Assembly: GCA_041651395.1 (NCBI GenBank)
Contig: JBAZJI010000001.1
Coordinates: 571,920-635,919 of the forward strand
Length of the DNA: 64,000 nucleotides
Direction: 5' to 3'
Source: Minisyncoccota bacterium
GTDB lineage: Bacteria > Patescibacteriota > Minisyncoccia > Minisyncoccales > JAGOPM01
A program made the translations under genes and the position numbers. Shown piece by piece: positions 26,631 through 34,963 of this stretch; position 1 is the first letter of the stretch, and every line of letters starts with the position of its first letter. A model generated the notes under the pieces. That model was not told the DNA's origin and made no database searches. It worked only from the letters and a program-made list of their open reading frames with translations.

Positions 26631-28313
26631 TTACCAATCCGCTGCTTCGGCTTTGACGGCCTCGAAAGTATTAGTGCCACTATAGGAAGCAGCTGGAGAG
26701 TCAGTGGGAATTTGCAATCCCCAATAAATTGATTTGCTGGATAAAGAATTAGTAGTGGTAGTTTTTTTCAAATTAAGCTCCAACTCCGCGGGTGCGGCGC
26801 TCAAGGAAATGGCATTTTGATATTGGACGCTCGAGGTAGCATATTTCTGCTGCGCCACCCCAATTGTTCCACCCCCAGTCATGTCCGTACCCGAAAGCCG
26901 CACATCAAGGCCAGTATTACCCGTGGCCGAAATAACAGTTGTAGTTGATAAAGCGGTTGTATTGGCAATTTCCCCTATTCCTAAAACACCGTAAGGAATG
27001 GTAGAGCTGGCATCTAAGGCTGAATAACTTTGTAGGGCAACCCCGGAAACGCTTTCGTCCGTATCACTCAAAGCTTCATCGCTCGAAACGACAGTCAGCA
27101 TCCAGCTCTCCCCGGCGCGTGGCGTCGACTCATCGGTAGGATCGGCATGATATTTAAAATTGGCCGTGCAAGTATAAGTCTTATTAATTCCCGAGCTGCA
27201 AGAACCGCCCGTACAAGAAATATTATAGTAGCAATTATTATTATTTTGAGATGTGCAGCTCGCGGCGCCCAAGCCTGAAGGATACATTTTTCCAACTACG
27301 CTCACCACATCATCACAGCCATTGTTATCTGTCACGATTACCGTACTTGAAATATCTTTATTGCCGGTCGGGCCCTCCCCGCCAGTGGAAAGATTGATGG
27401 TAGCTCCACTGTTAACCGAAAGACTGGAATTGACCGGCGCAGCGTTACTGACTTCAAAAAGCACTTGGGTATTTTGCACCCCACCGCTGGCGGCCAAATC
27501 GTGATTATCAAAAACATAAACATAAGAACTGGTATTGCCGTGCGCAGCCGGAGCGGGCACATTAAAGCTACAACTAGGATTGGAAGCGCTTAAAGTAGAA
27601 GTGCACCAAGTGTCGCTATCGCCGCCATCGCAGGCTGCGCCACTCACACCTTGGGTTTTACAAACTACTAATTTGACAGTATCGGAATACGTTGAATCTG
27701 GATCAGAAGCGGTTGAAGAAAAAGTTATGGAAGTGCCCGGGGCTTTGGGGCCATCATTAGAGGCAACAGAAAATGACGGCACATGATTAACCTCAAAGGG
27801 ACTACCGCTATCGCCGCTGCCAGAGCTCACCGAAGAACACAGGCTATTAGCATTATGGTCACAAACAAAAGCATACCAGTTATTTGATTCACTCATGGCC
27901 GCCGCCGTGGTTGTAGCGCAAGTAGCTTGCGCCCCACTGACCGTAGAACCAGAGACACACCATTTGCCGCCACTGCAAGTTGGTGCGGCATTGCTGCTAG
28001 TGGCGATCACGCTGGTTTTGCAAACCGCCAAATAATAATTATCACCATCCGGGTCAGTGCCCGTGGCATAAAAATTCACATCGCTGCCCACATTGGTCGG
28101 AGTGGCAGCTGCCGAGGCCGGGCTTTCAGCTGGGCCGGCGGAGAAAGTCGGCGCATTATTGGGTGACGCCCAAGTAATCGTCACTTTAACATAATCGGTT
28201 TTAAGCGTATTGTGCTTAGTTATAGTATTTTTAGGTGTGCGCAAAAGCAAACCACTAACAATGGATAGAAATAGCAAGAATATATAAATTTTATTTCTAT
28301 CAATAGTAACCAT
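26631..28313 (-). CDS. Secreted Cys/Thr/Ser-rich surface protein, paralogue B (560 aa)
   Basis: Collinear with paralogue A over nearly its full length. Ends IYWGLQIPTDSPAASYSGTNTFEAVKAEAADW. Confidence 0.75.
   Translation of the reverse strand: MVTIDRNKIYIFLLFLSIVSGLLLRTPKNTITKHNTLKTDYVKVTITWASPNNAPTFSAGPAESPASAAATPTNVGSDVNFYATGTDPDGDNYYLAVCKTSVIATSSNAAPTCSGGKWCVSGSTVSGAQATCATTTAAAMSESNNWYAFVCDHNANSLCSSVSSGSGDSGSPFEVNHVPSFSVASNDGPKAPGTSITFSSTASDPDSTYSDTVKLVVCKTQGVSGAACDGGDSDTWCTSTLSASNPSCSFNVPAPAAHGNTSSYVYVFDNHDLAASGGVQNTQVLFEVSNAAPVNSSLSVNSGATINLSTGGEGPTGNKDISSTVIVTDNNGCDDVVSVVGKMYPSGLGAASCTSQNNNNCYYNISCTGGSCSSGINKTYTCTANFKYHADPTDESTPRAGESWMLTVVSSDEALSDTDESVSGVALQSYSALDASSTIPYGVLGIGEIANTTALSTTTVISATGNTGLDVRLSGTDMTGGGTIGVAQQKYATSSVQYQNAISLSAAPAELELNLKKTTTTNSLSSKSIYWGLQIPTDSPAASYSGTNTFEAVKAEAADW
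27507..27686 (-). repeat. Near-identical 180-nt block shared with 25715-25894
   Basis: Encodes SDTVKLVVCKTQGVSGAACDGGDSDTWCTSTLSASNPSCSFNVPAPAAHGNTSSYVYVFD. Confidence 0.85.
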
Positions 28314-28324
28314 TGGTCAATAAA

Positions 28325-29935
28325 TTAGTAGCAACAACATTCTGTTTGAGGCGGAGTCGAACAATTACCAGCACAAATGGTCGAATCGCCAAAATACGGA
28401 GGTCCACTGCATTGACCCGGGAACATACAAGTTCCATTGGCAAAAAAATTGGCTTGGCAACAAGTTTGGCAAATATTTGGCGAGACACAATTACCACTTT
28501 GGCAAACTTCACCAGAACTACACCCACACTGCTGCCCCTCACAAAAACTCGAATCGCAGCCACCACCGCCATTACAGGTGTAACAAGCTCCACCCGGACA
28601 ACCCACCCCTAAACCGACATATCCGCAAGTTCCCGCCGGGCTGCAAATATCGCAACCGTCGCCATCTCCGCAGCCCAAAGCTTGGGAGGCGGCTCCAGCG
28701 TCGGCGGTCATGGCTGTGCAAGCCGAGGTAGGAGAAGAAGCTGAACAGCCATAGCAAACCGGGCAACTGTGCTGCGCCCCGTCAACATAAAAACCGCAAG
28801 TATAAGGCGTTTGACCAAAATCAGCCGTAAAACAATTTCCGGTATAACAAGTGTTGGGTGTGGCCGCACATTGGTTCCAATAATCAGTGCCGACTTGCGG
28901 CGCGCAGCCCAAGGCCACCTCACCTCCGACCAAATCAGTTCCGGTAGACTGATAAGCACAAGTTAAAGTCGTCGGCGAAGAAGAACAGTTGTGTCCCATC
29001 TCATATTTTTGCACGACAAAGCGAATATCCTTATCCGCATCAAAAAAATTGGAAAGGTTGGTGGTGGTCGTATAGGTCATTGTGCAATCGGCACTATTAC
29101 AGCTATTATCCGTTTTGGAATCACCTAAACGAAAGGCATTGCCGGTCTTGTCATAAATATACAAACGCAAATCATTATAAGCGGCTTTTTCTTGGCCTTG
29201 GGTGGCGCGGCCTTCCCAAGAATAATCTATCTGGGTCACTGTGGCCGTGGCCTCATTTATCCGGAATTCAAAATCATGCACGATTTGCGGGAAAGAAATC
29301 ATATTCCAATTCGAGGTGGCGCTGGTTTCGGCATAAGTGTCATTAGAAGAATTGGCGGCCGTATATTGGGCAGTCGTAAACTGCGTGCCGGAAGCTACTG
29401 ACCAGACACTCCTATCCACACGCACGGGCACGGAAGTGGCATAGTCCTGGCCTTGATAGGCAAAACGCGTTACCGAAGAGCTCGCGGATAAATCATAAAC
29501 TGTTTGCGAGGAATTATGCGCCAAAGCCAACTGCTTGCCGAAATTAAATTCCAATTCGTGATTGCCTAATTTTTTAACCTTAAAAATTATCGCGCCTTGT
29601 CCGTCGCAAAACCAATTTTTGACAATAATTCTATCCTTTTTAACTTCAGCCGCGCGCTTATCCCCCTTGCAAGCAACGTAAGAAAATTCCATATCATTTA
29701 TTGTGGGAATATCAGCCAGCCTTATGGACAAGGTTGAAGTATTTTTAGTTTCAAAAAAAACTGTCCAATTACCTCCCTGCGCCGGGTGAAAGCTAGGGTT
29801 GAGAATTTTTATTCGGGAATTGGGCGTATAATCGGCCTTGATTAAAAATAAACCGAAAAAAACCAGCTCACATATAAAAATGCTAGCGGAAACAATTATT
29901 TTCCAATCTATTACTTTCCTATTTTGGCTCAACAT
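28325..29935 (-). CDS. Membrane-anchored surface protein with extremely Cys-rich C-terminal region
   Basis: N-terminal TM segment (IIVSASIFICELVFFGLFLI). The last 211 aa contain 33 Cys and end TECCCY. Confidence 0.7.
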   Translation of the reverse strand: MLSQNRKVIDWKIIVSASIFICELVFFGLFLIKADYTPNSRIKILNPSFHPAQGGNWTVFFETKNTSTLSIRLADIPTINDMEFSYVACKGDKRAAEVKKDRIIVKNWFCDGQGAIIFKVKKLGNHELEFNFGKQLALAHNSSQTVYDLSASSSVTRFAYQGQDYATSVPVRVDRSVWSVASGTQFTTAQYTAANSSNDTYAETSATSNWNMISFPQIVHDFEFRINEATATVTQIDYSWEGRATQGQEKAAYNDLRLYIYDKTGNAFRLGDSKTDNSCNSADCTMTYTTTTNLSNFFDADKDIRFVVQKYEMGHNCSSSPTTLTCAYQSTGTDLVGGEVALGCAPQVGTDYWNQCAATPNTCYTGNCFTADFGQTPYTCGFYVDGAQHSCPVCYGCSASSPTSACTAMTADAGAASQALGCGDGDGCDICSPAGTCGYVGLGVGCPGGACYTCNGGGGCDSSFCEGQQCGCSSGEVCQSGNCVSPNICQTCCQANFFANGTCMFPGQCSGPPYFGDSTICAGNCSTPPQTECCCY

Positions 29936-30003
29936 GAAATCAAAAACTTTCGCTGCGGCTCATCTTAACAATTTTTTAGTCCAATCTCAAATACTTTTTA
30001 CAC

Positions 30004-30025
30004 AAAAAACCCCGCAAAAGCGGGG
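30004..30025 (-). terminator. Rho-independent terminator ending the PP2C-kinase-vWA operon
   Basis: Minus strand reads ccccgc-tttt-gcgggg followed by ttttttg, 9 nt after the stop. Confidence 0.8.
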
Positions 30026-30033
30026 TATGAAAT

Positions 30034-30804
30034 TTATGCGCCGAATATGCCGGCCTGAGCGGTCTGAGAAAAACTCTGAGTATTGTTGCTGGCCTTGGTG
30101 GCACTCTTGGAAAAGAGGTTGAAAGCTCTTCTGATGTCTCGGGCGGCGCTTAGGGAAGTGTAAATCCATTTGTCCGGTATCCCCACCCCACCAAAGCACT
30201 GGCGGAAAAAATTCTCCTCGCCAAAACCCATGGCGGCCACGATATGTTTCTCAGTGGCGATTAGATCATTGACCACACACTTGAGTTTAGCCTCATTAAA
30301 ATGGTGTGAATCGTTTTCGCAGCCATCAGTCATCACTAGAGTGATTGTTTTAACCGAGATGCCCGCGTCCTCGTATTCCTGCGTCTTGGCTGCAACGACT
30401 GCCATGGCTTCACCAATCCCGTCGTAAAGTGGCGTGGAGCCATCCGGATGGTAATTGCTGCTATCCATACAAGGCGCTTGGTCAACCAAGCAATATGGGA
30501 ACATGGAACCGGAGTTGAGAAAGCGGACGTGCACCAGAATACTGGACTTGCGCTTGGTATTTTTGAGCTCCTCGATGAAGTCTTTGTAGCCAAGCATCAG
30601 TTGCTTAGCCGAGTCCCCATCCATGGAGCCGGAATCGTCGAGAACCAGAGTTATCAAAGTAATGTCCTCTGTCCCGCCGATTTCCTCAATGCCTAAGCCC
30701 TTTGCTTCTTCAAAAGCCTGGGCCAAATCGTTGGTATTAAGAATGCCCACACTCTGCTTGCTGAAATTCGCGCCTTCAATAAGCTGAGAAAATTGGTCTG
30801 TCAT
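30034..30804 (-). CDS. vWA domain protein, TerY-like
   Basis: MIDAS LVLDDSGSMDG and a later VMTDGCEND. SD aagggga lies before the ATG, 12 nt after the upstream stop. Confidence 0.8.
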   Translation of the reverse strand: MTDQFSQLIEGANFSKQSVGILNTNDLAQAFEEAKGLGIEEIGGTEDITLITLVLDDSGSMDGDSAKQLMLGYKDFIEELKNTKRKSSILVHVRFLNSGSMFPYCLVDQAPCMDSSNYHPDGSTPLYDGIGEAMAVVAAKTQEYEDAGISVKTITLVMTDGCENDSHHFNEAKLKCVVNDLIATEKHIVAAMGFGEENFFRQCFGGVGIPDKWIYTSLSAARDIRRAFNLFSKSATKASNNTQSFSQTAQAGIFGA

Positions 30805-30816
30805 GTTGTCCCCTTT

Positions 30817-31863
30817 CTAGCGGTTGAAAATTCCGCTGACGCCCGGCCAAGAAGCAATCGGGTCAGTTGATTTGACCACGTGCATTCCGGCCTTGCCAAA
30901 CTCGGCAAAGGCCTGGTCTGCCTGGGTAGTGAAGTTCGCCACTCCCGGGATGATTACCGGCGAAGTGCAGTCTTCCAACAGGTAAACCTTTTCCACCAAA
31001 GTCTTGTCCTGAACCATGATCTCATTTAAGAGATCGCTAATGGTCCAAGCCAAGCAATGGCTCTTGGCCTGCCCAGTGATAATAACCATGTCAGCCTCCA
31101 TGAGCTCCTTGATGAGCTTGGTATTCTTCTGGGCTCCGCCGATAGCTGCTCCTGACTTCAGAGTGGCCACTTCTGGCCTGAGAACTGAGTAGTGCTCAGT
31201 GAGCTGGTTGGAGCCTTTGAGCTCTGGCTTATTGGGTGAGCCGCGCAGGAACGAATGGTACAAAAGCGCTTCTTCGAATGTGCCCACAAGTGTATGGCCG
31301 GGGGTACCAACAAGGCAATGGTGCGGCCAGATCATGAGACTGTACTTTCCGGCGCGCTCCAGCTCTTCGCAGTAGTGGATGACATAGCCGGCATTGTCGG
31401 CGGGATTTCCGCCCAAAAGCGGATTGGGCTGCCATTTGCCAGTCTTGTAGTCAGCCGAAGAAATGGAAGTGCCGGAAGCCGGATAATTGCCGTAGGAATC
31501 AACATGGAATTCTGGGAAGAAAATCTGCCAAGGCATATGGGTGTCCATGGTCGGAATTATCTGGGTAATGGTAGCGATGTTGCGGTAGATGAACTCCGCC
31601 AGACGCTGTGAATCCTGCTCAGCTCCAGCCACGTAAAGCGAACCGAATGGCGGGGCAAAGCAGAAATCTTTTTGGTTGTCGATGACAAGCAGGAAAACCT
31701 TTTTGGCATCCGCATTGTAGCCGGAAACCTTTTGGGACTTTCTGGCCTTTGAGGCTTCTTCAAGAAGCATGGCTGGGTCTGGCCGGTAGGCCGGATCCAG
31801 GGCATTGGCCGAGTTGTAAAAACCCGGAAGGGCGCATACGTTGTTTAAGTCTTGCTTTTTCAT
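30817..31863 (-). CDS. Isochorismatase/nicotinamidase-family cysteine hydrolase (long form, 348 aa)
   Basis: LLVIDNQKDF (catalytic Asp block), MDTHMPWQI (DxH metal site), MIWPHHCLVGTPGH (WPxHC), KGSN (Lys) and GQAKSHCLAWT (nucleophile Cys). SD aaggagg. Confidence 0.75.
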   Translation of the reverse strand: MKKQDLNNVCALPGFYNSANALDPAYRPDPAMLLEEASKARKSQKVSGYNADAKKVFLLVIDNQKDFCFAPPFGSLYVAGAEQDSQRLAEFIYRNIATITQIIPTMDTHMPWQIFFPEFHVDSYGNYPASGTSISSADYKTGKWQPNPLLGGNPADNAGYVIHYCEELERAGKYSLMIWPHHCLVGTPGHTLVGTFEEALLYHSFLRGSPNKPELKGSNQLTEHYSVLRPEVATLKSGAAIGGAQKNTKLIKELMEADMVIITGQAKSHCLAWTISDLLNEIMVQDKTLVEKVYLLEDCTSPVIIPGVANFTTQADQAFAEFGKAGMHVVKSTDPIASWPGVSGIFNR

Positions 31864-31874
31864 TTTTTCCTCCT

Positions 31875-33746
31875 TCAGGAAATTTTGATTTGCCGTATGG
31901 CATTCTTATTGAGGGCTATTAGCCCGTCTTTGCATAGATATAACTGCGTCTGCGAATCGACAAAGTTTTCAGTTCCGGCAAAATCCCTGGCTTTGGCGAT
32001 TTGGCCGTTAGTATAATCAACGCGCACAATTCCCTGGTCAGTGGCGCACAGAAGCGCTTCGTTTCCGTTTTGCGTTGTAAGAGCGCACTTGCCCCTGATA
32101 GCCCCTAACCAATTATTGCTGCCATCAACGGCAACCTCATGGCCCAGTACTTGGCCGAAACGCGAGACGAGCCAGCAATGGTTTTCAATTTTTCCCGCTT
32201 GGGATTTTTTGCAGAAAAACCAGCAGTGGTCGTGGGAGAAAATGGCGGTAGTGTCTAAGATTTGGCCTGAGCCAAAACTGATTTTGATCGCATCATTTAT
32301 CCCGGGCTTCTCGGCGTCAAAAACAAAGACGCTGCTATAGCCTTGGGCGCGGTAAAAGCCTAACCCAAACTGTTCGCCAACCCAGAAAAGCGTTCTGCTC
32401 TCCAGGATCGAGCCAATAGCTATAGGGACTTCTTCATCTATGTCGCCGCTGCGCCATAATTTTCCGCCCTCGCACCAGTAAAGATGTTTAGAGTTGGCGT
32501 CAAAAATGGGCAGGCTTCCCAGGCAATCGACTTTACTGACTTTGTTGCCTTTGGCGCTAGCAATAACCAATTTGTCCTGCTTGCCGAAAATTGTTTTGTC
32601 TCCCCAAATCCTTAATCGCATATAGGGATCCAAAACTCCTACCAAGACAATTTGATCGTTCTCGCGGTAGTAGCTGTGGATTTCATGGAAAAGCCATTTA
32701 AGCTCGCCATTTTGCACCGTTGAGCAGATAATGACTCCATTGGTGGAGAAAATCTGCGTGGCCGTAACATTGCCTTGAATCTGAATACTTTGCTTTGGCA
32801 CAGCCTGCGTGCAATTGGGACAAACGCTTCTGGCATGTTCGAACCCGCATTGGCTACAAGTGGTCCACTGGGCATTTTTTAGCAGATTTTCCGGGAAAAC
32901 TTGACGCTTATCCTTCAAAAAAACCTGTTCAAACCGTGCCAACAGATCATCAGAGAGTGATTTAAGGGGTCTGGCTGTCTTGGGATACAAGACGTTCTTG
33001 TCAAAGACTGTAATCCTTTTGAGCCTCCGTTCCAAAGAATTGGCTTGGCGCCCTTTGGGCGGTTTGTGTACACCCGCATAAGGCCCAGCCAAAAGATAGG
33101 ACTGCATCAACAAGGCGTCAAAGGAATACCAGTCAGAAGCTTCGCTTTCAGGCTTGGCCAAGCAGAATTCTTGGGCATTTGCGTCAAGCAAAAGCGGGTC
33201 AATGAGGCGCTCAGTGAAGAGCCGGCACATATAACCACCATATTGCCAAGAATCGGCATCAATCAGGAAAGCTTGGGAGCCAACCACCATAACATTCAAA
33301 TCATTAAAATCTCCAATGACGATATTTTGGCGGTGGACCAGTTCTACCGAAGAGCGCAGATCCAAGAAAATATCCTTGACCAAAGTATTAGATACCCCGC
33401 GGTCGCGGAAAATCTTGTCGCTGAATTTGAGTAGCAGCTCGCCATTGCTGACAAGGGCCATCGCATATCCAATGATTTCGCCTGCTTCATTGTAGACAAA
33501 GTCGAGGGGCGCGATTACGCGGTTAGACAAGCCCTTGGGAAAAAGCGGAAGCTTTTTCTGGATTTCCAAAAGTTTGATTTTGGCGGCCTGCTGCTGCTCC
33601 GGGAATCCGGAGAAATCTGGGTGTCCTGGGGGCTTAAATATTTTGACCGCCAATTTGCCTTGTTGATAGATATCAGCCTCTCCGCCTTCGCCTAAATGCT
33701 TTAATTTGCGCAGATTCAATTCCACGCCATTAAGCATGGCTTTCAT
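31875..33746 (-). CDS. Ser/Thr protein kinase with Zn-ribbon and repeat-rich C-terminal domain
   Basis: LGEGGEADIY (Gly loop), LAVKIF (Lys), HRQNIVIGDFNDLNVMV (catalytic loop), FLIDADSW and CSQCGFEHARSVCPNC (Zn ribbon). About 300 aa of beta-rich C-terminus. ATGA overlap with the PP2C gene. Confidence 0.8.
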   Translation of the reverse strand: MKAMLNGVELNLRKLKHLGEGGEADIYQQGKLAVKIFKPPGHPDFSGFPEQQQAAKIKLLEIQKKLPLFPKGLSNRVIAPLDFVYNEAGEIIGYAMALVSNGELLLKFSDKIFRDRGVSNTLVKDIFLDLRSSVELVHRQNIVIGDFNDLNVMVVGSQAFLIDADSWQYGGYMCRLFTERLIDPLLLDANAQEFCLAKPESEASDWYSFDALLMQSYLLAGPYAGVHKPPKGRQANSLERRLKRITVFDKNVLYPKTARPLKSLSDDLLARFEQVFLKDKRQVFPENLLKNAQWTTCSQCGFEHARSVCPNCTQAVPKQSIQIQGNVTATQIFSTNGVIICSTVQNGELKWLFHEIHSYYRENDQIVLVGVLDPYMRLRIWGDKTIFGKQDKLVIASAKGNKVSKVDCLGSLPIFDANSKHLYWCEGGKLWRSGDIDEEVPIAIGSILESRTLFWVGEQFGLGFYRAQGYSSVFVFDAEKPGINDAIKISFGSGQILDTTAIFSHDHCWFFCKKSQAGKIENHCWLVSRFGQVLGHEVAVDGSNNWLGAIRGKCALTTQNGNEALLCATDQGIVRVDYTNGQIAKARDFAGTENFVDSQTQLYLCKDGLIALNKNAIRQIKIS

Positions 33747-34561
33747 TTGCCCTCCTTTCTGCGCAGTGCAATGAAGGTCGTGTCGTCGCTAAGCAAACCT
33801 TGCTCGATGATGAGCTTTTGGTTAACCCAGTCTCCGCTTACATGCTCGCGATTGGCAACTTTGAGCCGATTGTTTGGCAGATATCCTTTGTAATATCTGT
33901 CATCAGCGCAAAACTGTTGGAGCGAGCCCATTGTTTCGTCTTTGCCCGGGATTTTACACTCGCAGTTTTCCAGAAATCCCTGGCAGCCGTCGCTACCCAC
34001 TAACAAACTTTGGAGCTTTTTGGTAGGGATAATTGTGTGGATCTTAAATCTAAGGCTGGCGGCAGCAAAAGGCACTTCTTCAAACAGTTCGTATCCAAGA
34101 TAAGGCGGTGCATTATCCTCAAAGGGGCCGATTTGATTAATGCACCCATTAAGAATATAAACACCATCCCCGATGGAAAAAATCATGCAAAGCGCCGGCG
34201 TTATGGCAAAACCCATGATGGAGAAAAGTAAAGCTTCCTCAATCATATTTTGGCCGATAATTCCCGCGCTAAGCATTGCTCTTAAACTAGAAATAATTTC
34301 CTGCCTTGCTTCCTCAAAACATCGATTCAGCCTGGATGATTTTTTTAGCGAATCCAACAACTTTTGGGTTACCAGCTGGGCGCCGATTTGGGCGCCGACT
34401 TCGCTCTGCGGCTGAGAGCCGCAACCATCACAGACAATCCCGACAATCGCATTTTCCTCGCTTTTTAAGCACAAGGCGTCTTGGTTATTTTTCCAAAGCC
34501 GCCTATGCTCTTTGCCGGCAATACTGCCGCAACAATGCTCAAATAAATCTTTTATGGGCAT
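33743..34561 (-). CDS. PP2C-family Ser/Thr phosphatase
   Basis: NNQDALCL, IVCDGCGSQPQSEVGAQ and LVGSDGCQGF match the PP2C metal-binding Asp/Gly blocks. Confidence 0.75.
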   Translation of the reverse strand: MPIKDLFEHCCGSIAGKEHRRLWKNNQDALCLKSEENAIVGIVCDGCGSQPQSEVGAQIGAQLVTQKLLDSLKKSSRLNRCFEEARQEIISSLRAMLSAGIIGQNMIEEALLFSIMGFAITPALCMIFSIGDGVYILNGCINQIGPFEDNAPPYLGYELFEEVPFAAASLRFKIHTIIPTKKLQSLLVGSDGCQGFLENCECKIPGKDETMGSLQQFCADDRYYKGYLPNNRLKVANREHVSGDWVNQKLIIEQGLLSDDTTFIALRRKEGK

Positions 34562-34842
34562 TTTATCTCCTTCCTCTGCCTGTTCAATGTTCTTTACTGC
34601 CTCGTGGTAAACAATTAACTATTTTGCAGTTTCCACTGCCTATTTGTTGTTTCAAGGAATGTTTTGGCGCTTATTCGTTTGAGTAATTCTGTTAATCGGT
34701 AATTTTAGATATTCGTCGCATATTCGGGGAAGTTTCCCTCCCCTTTCATTGTTAGAGAACTTGGTGTGAAATATACACTATATTGAAGGATATTTTTTAC
34801 CGGATATCTCCGGTTACTTTTCTCCTTTAGTGTATTACTTAC

Positions 34843-34871
34843 AATATATCAGAGCAGGGAAGGCCTGTCAA
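34843..34871 (-). promoter_or_regulatory. Consensus sigma70 promoter of the PP2C-kinase-hydrolase-vWA operon
   Basis: Minus strand: TTGACA (34871-34866), 17-nt spacer, TATATT (34848-34843). This implies a leader of about 275 nt before ATG 34561. Confidence 0.65.
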
Positions 34872-34921
34872 GCCCCTCCCCTGAATAATTGCTTTTTGGC
34901 CGGTTTAGCCCTTATTTATAA

Positions 34922-34944
34922 AAGAAAAACCCCGCTAAGCGGGG
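34922..34944 (-). terminator. Rho-independent terminator after the NrtR-like gene
   Basis: Minus strand reads ccccgc-tta-gcgggg followed by tttttctttt. Confidence 0.8.
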
Positions 34945-34963
34945 AGTTTTGCACCCGAATTCG

